A stretch of 64,000 bases of DNA, from positions 55,181,805 to 55,245,804 of the forward strand of contig NC_090379.1 in assembly GCF_036365525.1 (NCBI RefSeq), given 5' to 3'. Source of the DNA: Heterodontus francisci. Its lineage: Eukaryota. Of the stretch, positions 50,026 through 61,774 are shown in pieces. Made by a program: the position numbers and the translations under genes. The notes below the pieces were generated by a model that saw only the letters and a program-made list of their open reading frames with translations, was not told the origin of the DNA and made no database searches. Every line of letters begins with the position of its first letter. The first letter of the stretch is position 1.

Positions 50026-52506
50026 CAAAAGCAAAATACTGCGGATGCTGGAAATCTGAAATAAAAACAAGAAATGCTGGAAACATTCAGCAGGTCTGGC
50101 AGCATCTGTGGAAAGAGAAGCAGAGTTAACGTTTCAGGTCAGTGACCCTTCTTCAGAACTAGCAAATATTAGAAATGTAAAAGGTTATAAGCAAGTAAAG
50201 CGGGGGTGGGGCAAGAGATAACAAAGGAGAAAGTGTAAATAGGACAAGGTCACAGAATAGCTGACCAGAAGGTCGTGGAGCAAAAGCAAACAATATGTTA
50301 ATGGTGTGTTGAAAGACAAAGCATTAGTACAGATAGGGTGTTAATGGACTGAAAATTGAACAGCCGCAAGTACAAACATGAAAAAAAAACAGTGGGTAAG
50401 TAAACTGAACAAACTAAGATGAAATAAAATAAAATAAACACAAAAGAAATATATATAAAAAAAAGGAAAAATAAAAAATAAAAGTAAAATGGGGGGCCCG
50501 TCGTGCTCTGAAATTATTGAACTCAATGTTCAGTCCGGTAGGCAGTAGTGTGCCTAATTGGTAAATGAGATGCTGTTCCTCGAGCTTGCATTGATGTTCA
50601 CTGGAACACTGCAGCAATCCCAGGACAGAGATGTGAGCATGAGAGCAGGGGGGAGTGTTGAAATGGCAAGCAACCGGAAGCTCGGGGTCCTGTTTGCGGA
50701 CTGAGCGAAGGTGTTCCGCAAAGCGGTCACCCAGTCTGCGATTGGTGTCACCAATGTAGAGGAGACCACATTGTGAGCAGCGAATACAGTACATTGAAAG
50801 AAGTAGAAGTAAATCGCTGCTTCACCTGAAAGGAGTGTTTGGGGCCTGAGATAGTGAGGAGAGAGGAGGTAAATGGGTGGGGAATTACACCTCCTGCGAT
50901 TGCAGGGGAAGGTGCCATGGGAAGGGGACGAGGTGGTGGGGGTAATGGAGGAGTGGACCAGGGTGTCATGGAGGGAATGATCCCTTCGGAATGCTGACAG
51001 GGGAAGGGAGGGGAAGATGCGTTTGGTAGTGGCATCACGCTGGAGGTGGCGGAAATGGCGGAGGATGATCTTTTGGATATGAAGGCTGATGGGGTGGAAA
51101 GTGAGGACAAGGGGAACCCTGTCGCGGTTCTGGGAGGGAGGGGAAGGGGTGAAGGTAGAGGTGCGGGAAATGGGCTAGATATGGTTGAGGGCCCTGTCAA
51201 CCACGGTGGGGGGGATTCCTCGGTTGAGGAAAATGGAAGATATATCAGAAGCACTGTCATGGAAGGTAGCATCATCAGAGCAGATGCGTCGGAGATGGAG
51301 AAACTGGGAGAATGGAATGGAGTCCTTACAGGAGGCAGGGTGTGAAGAAGTGTAGTCGAGGTAGCTGTGGAAGTCAGTGGACTTATAATGGATATTAGTA
51401 GACTGTTTATCACCAGAGATGGAGATAGAGAAGTCGAGGAAGGGAAGGGAAGTGTCGGAGATGGACCATGTAAAGGTGAGAGAAGGGTGAAAATTAGAAG
51501 CAAAGTTGATAACGTTTTCCAGTTCGGGCGGGAACAGGAAACGGCACCGATACAGTCATCAATGTACCGGAAAAAGAGTTTGGGGAAGGGACCTGAGTAG
51601 GACTGGAACAAGGAATGTTCAACATATCCCACAAAAAGACAGGCATAACTAGGACCCATGCGGGTACCCATAGCAACACCTCTTACTTGAAGGAAGTACC
51701 CTCACCCCTTGAAGGCAATGGGTACCCACATGGGTATACAGTATTCGCTGCTCACAATGTGGTCTCCTCTACATTGGGGAGACCAAACGCAGATTGGGTG
51801 ACCGCTTTGCGGAACATCTCCACTCAGTCCGCAAGCAGGACCCCGAGCTTCCGGTTGCTTGCCATTTCAACACTCCCCTCTGTTCTCATGCTCACATCAC
51901 TGTCCTGGGATTGCTGCAGTGTTCCAGTGAACATCAAGCTCGAGGAACAGCATCTCATTTACTGATTAGGCACACTACAGCCTGCCGGACTGAACACTGA
52001 GTTCAATAATTTCAGAGCATGACGGACCCCCCCATTTTACTTTTATTTTTAGTTATTTTTTCTTTTTCCTTTTTTTTATATATATTTCTTTTGTGTTTAT
52101 TTTATTTTATTTCATCTAAGTTTGTTCAGTTTGCTTACCCACTGTTTTTTTCATGTTTGTACTTGCGGCTGTTCAATTTCAGTCCATTAACACCCTATCT
52201 GTACTAATGCTTTGTCTTTCAACACACCATTAACATATTGTTTGCCTTTGCTCCACGACCTTCTGGTCAGCTATTCTGTGACCTTATCCTATTTACACCT
52301 TCTCCTTTGTTATCTCTTGCCCCACCCCCGCTTTACTTGCTTATAACCTTTTACATTTCTAATATTTGCTAGTTCTGAAGAAGGGTCACTGACCTGAGAC
52401 GTTAACTCTGCTTCTCTCTCCACAGATGCTGCTGGATCTGCTGAATATTTCCAGCATTTCTTGTTTTTATTTCAGATTTCCAGCATCCACAGTATTTTTC
52501 TGTTAT
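50026..52506. mobile_element. Penelope twin-arm insertion: long (-) arm with RT C-terminus and GIY-YIG, shorter (+) arm
   Basis: GVAMGTRMGPSYACLF, FFRYIDDC and YCIRCSQCGLLYIG motifs; ~760-bp inverted arms; hammerheads at 50124-50160 (-) and 52371-52407 (+, GAAA>GAGA). Confidence 0.92.
50124..50160 (-). ncRNA. Minimal hammerhead ribozyme, canonical core
   Basis: Reverse complement agttCTGAAGAagggtcactgacctGAAAcgttaact. Confidence 0.8.
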
Positions 52507-54721
52507 AATACAGTAATCATGCGGGATTCAATCTACATATAGATTGGGTAAACTTGATTAGTACTAATGATGTGGAGGAGAAATTCTTGGAATATATGCA
52601 AGATGGTTTTCTAGAGTAGTACATTGAGGAACCAATTAGGAAATGGGCTATTTTAGAAGTAGTATTGTGCAATGAAAAGGGTTAACTAATAATCTTGTTG
52701 TAAAGGAGCCTTTAGGAAAGAATTTTGCATTAAGTTTGAAAGTGATGTAGTTCAATCTGAAACTAGGGTCTTAAATCTAAGCAAAGGAAACTAGGAAGGT
52801 ATGACGGGTAAATTGGCTATGGTGGATTGGGACAGTAGACAGAACTAATACATAGTTTACAACAGAAATACACTCCTTTAATGCACAAAAACCCAGAAAG
52901 TGTTCTAACCGTGACCAGTGAAAGAAATCAAAAGATCATATTGGAGTAAAGGATGAGGCGTATAAAGTTGCCAAAAAAAATGGTAAGCCTGAAGATTGGG
53001 AACATTTCAGAATTCGGCAAAGGCGGACCAAGGAAAAGATTAAGAATGGGAAAACAGAATGAAAGTAAACTAGCGAGAAACATAAAGCTTCTATAGGTAT
53101 GTAAAAAGGAAGTTATTAGCAAAGAGAAATGTGGGTCCATTACAACGGAGTCGGGAGAATTTATAATGGGGAATAAGGAAATGGCAGAGAAACTAAAAAA
53201 ATACTTGATGTCTGTCTTCACGGAGGAAAATACGAAAAACCTCCCAGAAATAATGGTGAATCAAGGGACTAGTGTAAATGAGGAATTGCAAGATATTAAT
53301 ATTAGTAAAGAAAGTACTACAGAAATTAAGGGGGCTTAAAGTAGATAAATCCCCTGATCCTAATGATCTACATCCCAGAGTGTTGAAAGAGGTAGGTGTA
53401 AATATAGTAGTTAAATTGGTGGTCATCTTTCAAAATTCTATAAACTCTGGACTGGTTCCTGCAGATTGGAAGGTAGCAGTTGTAACCCCACTATTTAAGA
53501 AAGGAGGGAGAGAGAAAATTGGGACTACAGACCTGTAAGCCTAACATCAGTAGTAGGGAAAATGCTAGAATCTATAATAAAGGATGTGATAACAGGACAC
53601 TTAGAAAATAAAGGTAGGATTGGGCAGAGTCGATATGGAATTATGAAAGGGAAATCATGTTTAATAAACCTGTTGGAGTTTTTTGAGGATGTAACTAGCA
53701 GAATAGATAAGGAGGAACTGGTGGATGTGATGTATTTAGATTTTTAAAAAGCTTTTGATAAGATCCCACACAAGAGGTTGGTAAACAAAATGAGAGCACA
53801 TGGGATTGCGGGGAATATACTGGCATGGATTGAGAACAGGTTAATAGACAGAAAACAGGGAGTAGGAATAAATGGGTCATTTTTGGATTGGCAGGCTTTG
53901 ACTAGTGGAGTACCACAAGGATCAGTTCTTGGGCCCCAGCAGTTCACAATCTATATCAATGATTTGGATGTGGGAATTACATGTAATATTTCCAAGTTTG
54001 CAAATGACACAAAACTAGTTGAAAGTGTGAGTTGTGAGGAGGATGCAAAGACGCTTCAAGGGGATTTGGACAGGCTAAGCGAGTGGGCAAAATTTGTCAG
54101 ATGGAAAACAATGTGGAGAAATGTGAGGTTATCTACTTTGGCAGGAAAAACAAAAATACAGGGTATTTCTTAGGTGGTGAGAGGCTGGGAAGTGTTGAAT
54201 TTCAAAGGTGTCCTTGTTCATGAGTCACTGAAAGCTACCATGCAGGTACAACAAGCAATTGAGAAGGCAAGTGGTAGGTTGACCTTCATGACAAGAGGAT
54301 TTGAGTATAGGAGTAAAGATGTCTTACTGCAATTATATAGAACCTTGGTGAGACTGCATCTGGTCTCCTTACATAAGGAAAGATATACTTGCTATAGAAG
54401 GAGTGCAATGAAGAATCACCAAACCAATTCCTGGGATGGAGGGAGGGATTGTCCTATGAGGAAAGATTAAATAGACTGTGCCTTTATTCTCGGAGTTTAG
54501 AAAAATGAGAGGTTATCTCATTCAAACTTACAAAATTCTTACAGGGCTTGACAGGGTTGATGCAAGAAGGATGTTTCCTCTGGCTGGGGAGTCCAGAACC
54601 AGGGACACAGTCTCAGAATAAGGGACAGGCCATTTAGGACTGAGATGAGCAGAAATTTCTTCATTCAGGGGGTGGTTAATCTTTGGAATTCTCTCCCCCA
54701 GAGGGCTGTGGAGGCTCAGTT

Positions 54722-55450
54722 GGCCGGAATTTTACTTTCATTGGACGGGAGCCGTCCACTGACTGAAAAGTCGGTAGTGATCCCGTCTCTACCTGGCCTA
54801 GGGATCTGGCCTGCAGTTTTACGGTCCCCAGTCCCTTAATTGGTCTGAGGTGGGAATTCACCTCATTGAGGCAGGAAGTCCCGCCTAATGGAGTGGCCGG
54901 CAAATCAGTGGGCCAGCAGCTCTTAGTCCCAGTAGTGCCACCGGGGCGGTGGCCACTGCTGGGACTGCAACCCAGCATCAACAAGAAGAGGAAGGACGCC
55001 CTGGGAAAAGGTAAGTTTTTGGGGCCTCACCAGGGGATGATTGGTCAGGCCCCGGCAAGGCAAGGGTGGTCGGTTGGCAGACAGGGCCTTCTTGGGTGTT
55101 GTTGGGGCATCGAGGGGTGGTCCTCCAACAGGCACAGGGTGCCTGATCATGAGGCACCCTCCCCAGGCCATCAGAAAGCCGCCTGCTTTTGTCAGGCGGT
55201 TTTTCTCGGGCCTGTGCTGCCTGACCGGCCATGGGTAAAATTCCTATGGCTGCAGGCGGAGGCCCTTAAGTGGCCGTTAACTGGCCTGGGGCGAGCAGGC
55301 CGGTTTCCACGGCTGCTGCCCTGTGTAAAATGGCAGCGGAGGTGGGACCGGGTTGGGAAGGACCCCCCAAGTCTCCCACTCCATTTTTATACGCATCCCC
55401 ACCCCCAACCACCACCAACCTGCTCTTTGGGGGAGCGTAAAATTCTGGCC
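54722..55450. mobile_element. Harbinger-type MITE
   Basis: TIRs ggccggaattttac / gtaaaattctggcc; 3-bp flanks GTT/ATT; interrupts the CR1 3' region. Confidence 0.8.
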
Positions 55451-55639
55451 ATTGAGTATGTTCCAGACTGAGATCGATAGATTTCTACATACTAAAAACA
55501 TCAAGAGTTACGCGGATAGTACAGGAAAATGGTGTTGAAATAGAAGACGAGCCATGATCTCATTGAATGGCAGAGTGGGCTCAAAGGGTTGAATGGCCTA
55601 CTCCAGCTCATATTTCTTATGTTCTCAAAGGAATCTGTT

Positions 55640-55782
55640 TTTCTGTATTCATTTGGGGGATGTGGGCTTTGCTGGTTATGCCAGCATTTATTGCCCATCC
55701 CTAACTGCCCTTGAGAAGGTGGTGGGAGTTGCCTTCTTGAACCGCTGCAGTACTTGCGGTGTAGGTACACCAACAACCCACT
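55640..55782 (-). mobile_element. Family B LINE/SINE 3' tail
   Basis: gccagcatttattgcccatccctaactgcccttgagaaggtggtg. Confidence 0.75.
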
Positions 55783-55914
55783 GATGCCATTAAGATATAC
55801 AAGTTCCTGACTAATCCTAATGCTGAATGTTTCTTCAGGAGCAGCTCAACGACCTTATGACATGTTTTCAGTGGTTCTACATGAAAGAAGCCATACCACA
55901 GTGATCATCAGTGT

Positions 55915-57720
55915 TGGTGGACTAGTACTCCCGAGACCTGGACTAATGGTCCAGAGGCAGGAGTTCAGATCCTACCATGGCAGTTGGGGAAATTAAAATT
56001 CAGTTAAATAAATCTGGAACAAAAAGTTAGTATCAGTAATGCTGACCATGAAACTACCAGATTGTCATAAAATTCATCATTATAGAGGGAAATCTGCTGT
56101 CCTTAACAGGACTGACCTATGCAAGAGTCTAGACCCACAGCAATGTGTTTGACTCTTTACTGCCCCCTAAAGTAGCCTAGCAAGCCAGTCAGTTGTATTG
56201 AACTGCTATGAGAAGTCTAATAAGAATCAAACTGGATGGACCACCTGGCATCAACTGAGGCACCAGACTCAACAAAGGCACAGCCACACCAGTCGATCCT
56301 GCAAAGTCCTCCTGACTCTGAATTTGTGCCAAAATTGAGAGAGCTGCCCCACCAACAAGTCAAGCAACCCCAGATTCCTCCATCGCCATCCCTGGGTATA
56401 TCCTGTCCCACTGTCAGGACAGACCTGCTAGAGATGGAGGCAAAGTGGTATACATTTGGGAGGGAGTGGACCTTGGTGTCTTCAACATTGGCTGTGAACC
56501 CCATGAAATCTCATGGCATAACGTCATACGTAGGAAAGAAAACCTCCTGTTGGTTACTACCTACTGCCCTCCCTCATTTAATGAATTATACTCCTCCATA
56601 TTGAACGCCACTTGGAAGAACCATTGAGAGTAGATAGGGCACAGAATGTACTCTGTTCAATTTCTATCACCAAGAATAGCTTGGTAGCACCACTGCTGGC
56701 CCAGTCCTGAATGACATAGCTGCCAGACTGGGCTTGTGGCAGGTTGTGAGAAAACCAACACGAGGAAAAAACAAATTGACCTCGCCCTTACTAATCTACC
56801 TGCCGGAAATGCATCTATCCATGAGAGCATTGGCAGGCGTGACCACCGCGCAGTCCTTGAGGAGGTGAAGTCCCAACTTCACACTAAGAACAGCCTCCAT
56901 CATGTTGTGTGGCACTATCGCTGTGCTAAATGGGATAGATTCCAAAAGATCTAGCAGCTCAAAACTGGGTATCCAAGAGGCGCTGTGGGCCATCAGCAAC
57001 AGCACAATTGTATTCCACCACAACTTATAACCTCATTATCTGGCATATCCCTCAATCTACCATTACCATCAAGCCAGGGGGCAAACACTGGTTCAATGAG
57101 GAATGTAGGACAGCATGCCAGGAACAACACCAGGCATACTTAATTTGTGAATGGTGGTTGGCAATAAAACAACTAATGGGAGCAGGAGGGTCCTTGAGCA
57201 TCCCTATCCTCAATAATGGCAGAACCCAGTGCAAGAGTACAAAAGCCGTTCATCTTCAACCACCTTCAGACAAAAGTGCTGAATGGATGATCCATTTTGG
57301 CCTCCTCCTGAGGTTCCCACCAGATACTGAAGCAGCCCTTGTCCAGATGCAGCAAAACCTAGACAATATCCAGGCTTGGGCTGATAAGTGGCAAATAATA
57401 TTTGCGCACACAAGTGCCAGCCATGACCATCTCCAATAAGAGAGAATCGAACCATCTCCCCTTGATGTTCATGGCATTATCATTACTGAATCCTCCACTA
57501 ACAACATCCTGGAGGTTACCATTGGCCAGAAACTAAACTGGAGCAGCCACATAAATACTGTGGCTACAAGAGCAGGTCAGAGACTGGGAATTCTGCGGCA
57601 AGTAACTCACTTCCTGACACCCCAATGCCTGTCCACCATCTACAAGGCACAAGTCAGGAGTGTGATGGAATTATCTCACTTGCCTGCATCAGTGCAGTTC
57701 TAACAACATTCAAGAAGCTC
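55915..57720 (+). mobile_element. Decayed family B LINE with tRNA-SINE-like 5' head joined directly to endonuclease/RT
   Basis: Head homologous to the SINEs at 16162 and 25107 (B box at 55961); then IPGY...DRP...GG.VVY, TTYCPPS, DLALTN, DH, WFNEEC and LDNIQAWADKWQ. Confidence 0.75.
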
Positions 57721-59094
57721 TATAAGTGGGAGTAAACATCTAATGGCGATCCTCTTACAGGGCCCCTCTGCTCTTGCTCTCTCTTGCGTACTCCCTGGTT
57801 TGTTTCCTGCCATTTTACTATAACTTGTTGCAATTTGCATTAAATTAGGAGCTGTGGACTCTCAGTCACTGGCCTTGATGGCATTGTGGACAGTTAAGTA
57901 AAAGAGTCTTCGGGGTTTGCTGGCTGCATTTGATCAGCTTTAAACTTTTTGGTAAGTTGAGCTGCCATTTGCTTTGTTCAGATAATTTAAAATTAAAAGG
58001 AAGACTTGCAATAAGAATATTACCAAGGTCACTACTAACCAGGTCACAAGCATGCTAGAATATTCCTTGGGTTAATATGTTCAGCTTTAAAAAAAATATG
58101 TTTGCGAGTTGTTGCCCAAGATTTTCTCTTCCTTTGCAGTGCCCTTTCTCCTGTCTTTCAAGGTGCTAGTTTTGACTTCTATACTAGTTTTTTTAGGGAA
58201 GAATTCAAATTATTTTACTTTTTAAAAAGAGGAATTTTATTGAGAAACTCCTGATTTATTTTCACCAACTTCACAGGCTGACTGATCCAGGCTCTTTATA
58301 AAATCATTTATATTTATTAAATATACACTGATCTCAATTTGACTCTGAAATATGTAACTTGACTAAGAAACACAGCGTCATTAAAATAAGAAACGTTTTA
58401 ATCTAAAATGTTAATACTTTGGGGAAACAAAATATTCAAAGCAATTGTGTAAGCAATCCTGTTCTTAGATATGGTTGATATTAGGTACAATAGGATGCAT
58501 TAAAAATAATGCAGCTAGAGGAAAAGAAATTTCACTTAAAAAGTAGGCATGCGATATATAGTTTTCAGACACAGTGGTTGGTTACGAGGCTGAACGGCAC
58601 CCAGTGCTAAGAACTGCATTTACTAAAACCAGCATGGGGTAAGTTTGCTTCTGGGAAAAAAAACCCTCCACACTCTTAAACTTTGCACTATCTAAAAATG
58701 TTTCTGGGAAATGTCAAATAAAAAGGAATGATCAAAGTTAAGGCAGATTTATGTTAAACTATTATGTTAAACTATTAAGTCTGTCATCCTAGATTTAGAT
58801 GAAACTGGCAGGAGAGGTCTGTTTTATACCCAGTGAAATGCAAACAGCTGGGTCTGCTAGCCTTTCACAAGCAGTATTCATGCTGCAGACTTGTCCTGGA
58901 CATCTCAACTGACAGCAGACTCAAGATTGAGTTTCAACCATTATTCCCTTTAAAATTTCATTGTTGTGCGTGGCCAGTTTTTTTCAATGCACAGTCCCTT
59001 TAAATTGGTACTTATATGGAACAAGGCCACAGTACCATCCAAGCTGCTGTGCAACCACGCATGCACGCAGCTTGGCAGGAACACTGGTTGCAAC

Positions 59095-59290
59095 AAAAGA
59101 AGTTGGCTGAGTTTTGGATCCAAATGCGAGCAGAATTCCCCAAATTGTCACAACTGACCTGTGTGGAAATGGATTTTCATCACTTGCTGGAATGAAATCA
59201 ACTGTATCGGCAGTGCTTTTGTGTAGAAAACAACTTAAGACTTAAACTACCACCTATCATTCCAAAATTTATGTGCATTTGCTCAAACAA
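59095..59290 (+). pseudogene. hAT (Charlie/ZBED-like) transposase C-terminal dimerisation domain fossil
   Basis: LAEFWIQMRAEFPKLSQL / YLCGNGFSSLAGMKS / YR...VENNLRLKLPPIIP across frameshifts. Confidence 0.7.
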
Positions 59291-59744
59291 CCTACTCTGT
59301 TATATTAATGGTTACTAGTACTATTAGGGCATTGTTTATGTTGTGTATGTGTACTATAATTTGTACATTTAGAACAATGCTTGGGCATTAAAAGGGTTAA
59401 AATATTAAATCTTTTGCTGATACGGGTACACTGGCAGCTGGCAGCCCTGGAATGTGGTATGTTATAAGTAAAGTCGAGGAACTTCTGCCTTAGGGAAAGC
59501 AAGTCTGTTCTCTGGGAACAATTAACTGCTGCTCTGAGAAAAAATAAACTTATTTAACCTCATATAAATAAACAGATATCTCCAGTTATTTTTGAGTTTT
59601 GAAAGATATATTGCAATGTGTTCCCCTGACTAAGTCTGCTCTATGACTTGGACTTAAGACTAACTTTAATTTTTGCTATTGTTATGGACAGGGGGCAATG
59701 GCGTGGCTGGTTTCTGCTGGTCACCTCCCAATTGCCCACAGATA

Positions 59745-60436
59745 GGGCTGAATTTTATAAACCCCCCCGATGCCGGGGATTGTGGCGGGTGGGGGGGGGG
59801 GCCTGGAAAAATCCTTCTGGGAGAGGCCCGCCATGGGCCTCGACACCAGGAAGACCCTGCTCCATTTTACCGGCAGCAGCGAGGCCTCGTGGCAGCCTCC
59901 CCACCACACGGCAACGGAGACTTTATTTAAATATGTTAATTACATTAAAATGAATGAATAATGACTTACCTCGTCGCGACGGCCGTCCCACACCGATATT
60001 CTGGCTGGTTGCCAGAAGTCCCGCGCCCTTGGATCTCCGTTCGGTAAGGAGAGGGGAGGAGTGAAATTTTCAGGTGGTTGGGGGCAGTGGGGGAAACAGC
60101 AAAGACTTACGGTGGAGGGGATGCTGGGAAGGGGTTGAAGAGTAAAGTGGAGGAAGTTTGGGGGGGAAAGGTCGGAATCTAATTTTAATGGCTGGAAAGG
60201 ACTATTTAGATAATGAGTACTCATTGGGGGCTGGGAGAGGGAATTTAAACTGATAGTTTCCACTTTAATTTTTCCCACCTGTCACTTTAACATTTAAATT
60301 AAACTTCAGTGCTTAAAGCCCTTTAAAAATGGCGCAGGTGCCTGCAAGCTGGGGATGAAGCTCCATGGTACACGTCTCGTGTGTGCTGCACACTTTTTGA
60401 AGCCAAGAACGACGGAGAGCTAATAAAATTCAGCCC
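59745..60436. mobile_element. Harbinger-type MITE
   Basis: Perfect 14-bp TIRs gggctgaattttat / ataaaattcagccc; TSD ATA/ATA. Confidence 0.88.
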
Positions 60437-60474
60437 ATACAGTTTTTATTTAAACTAGTGTTTCAGCCCTGTAC

Positions 60475-61570
60475 TTTGTCGGCCAAATAAACAGGTAGTG
60501 GCAGGTTTTACTGTGCATTTAAAGCAGAAGATTGAATATTTACTTAACAATAATCACCCAAAATAATTGCAACACCACCCACGCATGCTTTCGCGCTCAC
60601 ATGCACACTCAAGAAAAGGTAAAGGGTCAGAGGCATTAAGAGTTCAAGGTGTAAAGGTCTTCTATTTTCAGGAATAAAACCTGTGGGATCCTCTTGGCAT
60701 GAAATTTTTTGAAGTTGCAGGCCTGTTTGCTCGTTGTCTTGCCCTTGCTGGGTTGCTGAAGTCTTCTGTCAGTTAACACTTCAGTTCGAAGATGGTGCTG
60801 CTATTTCTTAGTTCAATTTTCACTGGTCGAGGAGTTCAAAAGGATCTCTCTTTATTTCTCTGCTGTAGCTGGTTGTCAACTCGTCTCAGCAGGGTTCAAC
60901 TGTCTTAGCTGGAATTGATCTCTGTCTCTCAGCCTTGTGCTCGAATTCAAGATGGCTTTCGATGTTCACTCTGTGGTTGGAGATCTCAGATTGCTGTTCT
61001 AATGTTCCGATGGCTTGACTCATGACTCCCTTTGTTCTCCAAACAGGTTACCTTTAAAGGTGAATTCATAAAGTGTTAGTTTCGCCCATGTGACATTAGG
61101 GTTTTGGTACCTGAGGGGCTATACAATAGCTTCTGATTTCAGCCTATTTTTATAAGATGAGAGATGTTCACACTTTATTGTGTTGATTATAGCTGGAGAT
61201 GTGGCGTCTGTGAGTGCCTGTGTTTTAGCTCATTTTGTGGATAGCAATTTCAATGCAGATGGGATTAATGAGTTTCAGTTCTACCAGACATGAATGTGTA
61301 TTTCAATGCAGGAGAAGGTATGTGTCATGTGACTCTGTTCTCCATCTTGTTGAAGGCAAGTGTACCAGTCTTTTTAAATAGTTCTATTTTTTATAACTTT
61401 GCGGGGGTTTTTTTGTATTTCCATCGCTGCATTTGCCATGAGTGTGATATTATTGTATGATGTTCAATTTGTTTTAAAACTCATTTGGTACCACTGAAGT
61501 TCTGTGTAATTCTAGTTTTATTCCCATGGGAAAGAGATACAGAATGGTATTTTCCATCAACAACATGACA
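60475..61570. mobile_element. Probable old solo LTR
   Basis: Ends catgaca; possible TSD gtac/gtat; internal resemblance to 44265-45178. Confidence 0.5.
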
Positions 61571-61774
61571 GTATGCTGACACATCTGGAACTTTTCAATA
61601 TCTATTATTGGAAGTGAAATATTTTAAATAAAGGAGAAGGGAAATGCAGAGTTGATAGTACTGAGTTAGTAAATATAATTTGGGTAATGGTATGAATGCT
61701 TGGATTAAGGGATAAAAAATTGGCAAAAGTTCCTTAAGAAGCAACCATATTCGCGACGGAAAATATTGCCTGGA

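Larger units (their letters stand above)
49095..55626 (+). mobile_element. Old near-full-length CR1 LINE (ORF1 esterase plus ORF2), split by Penelope and a MITE
   Basis: ORF1 VVGDSIVRG, VHVGTND, DGLHL (SGNH esterase); ORF2 YLNA, ITETW, GGGV, DKSPDP, PQGSVLGP; many disablements. Confidence 0.88.

Noticed and set aside
50748-51671. 307-aa ORF as a novel Ser/Pro-rich protein
   Set aside because: Penelope RT that frameshifts after FRYIDDC; the remainder is an off-frame translation
57743-58230. Hydrophobic, GPI-signal-like peptides after possible acceptors at 57760 and 58139
   Set aside because: Pyrimidine-rich DNA gives hydrophobic peptides in several frames; no independent support
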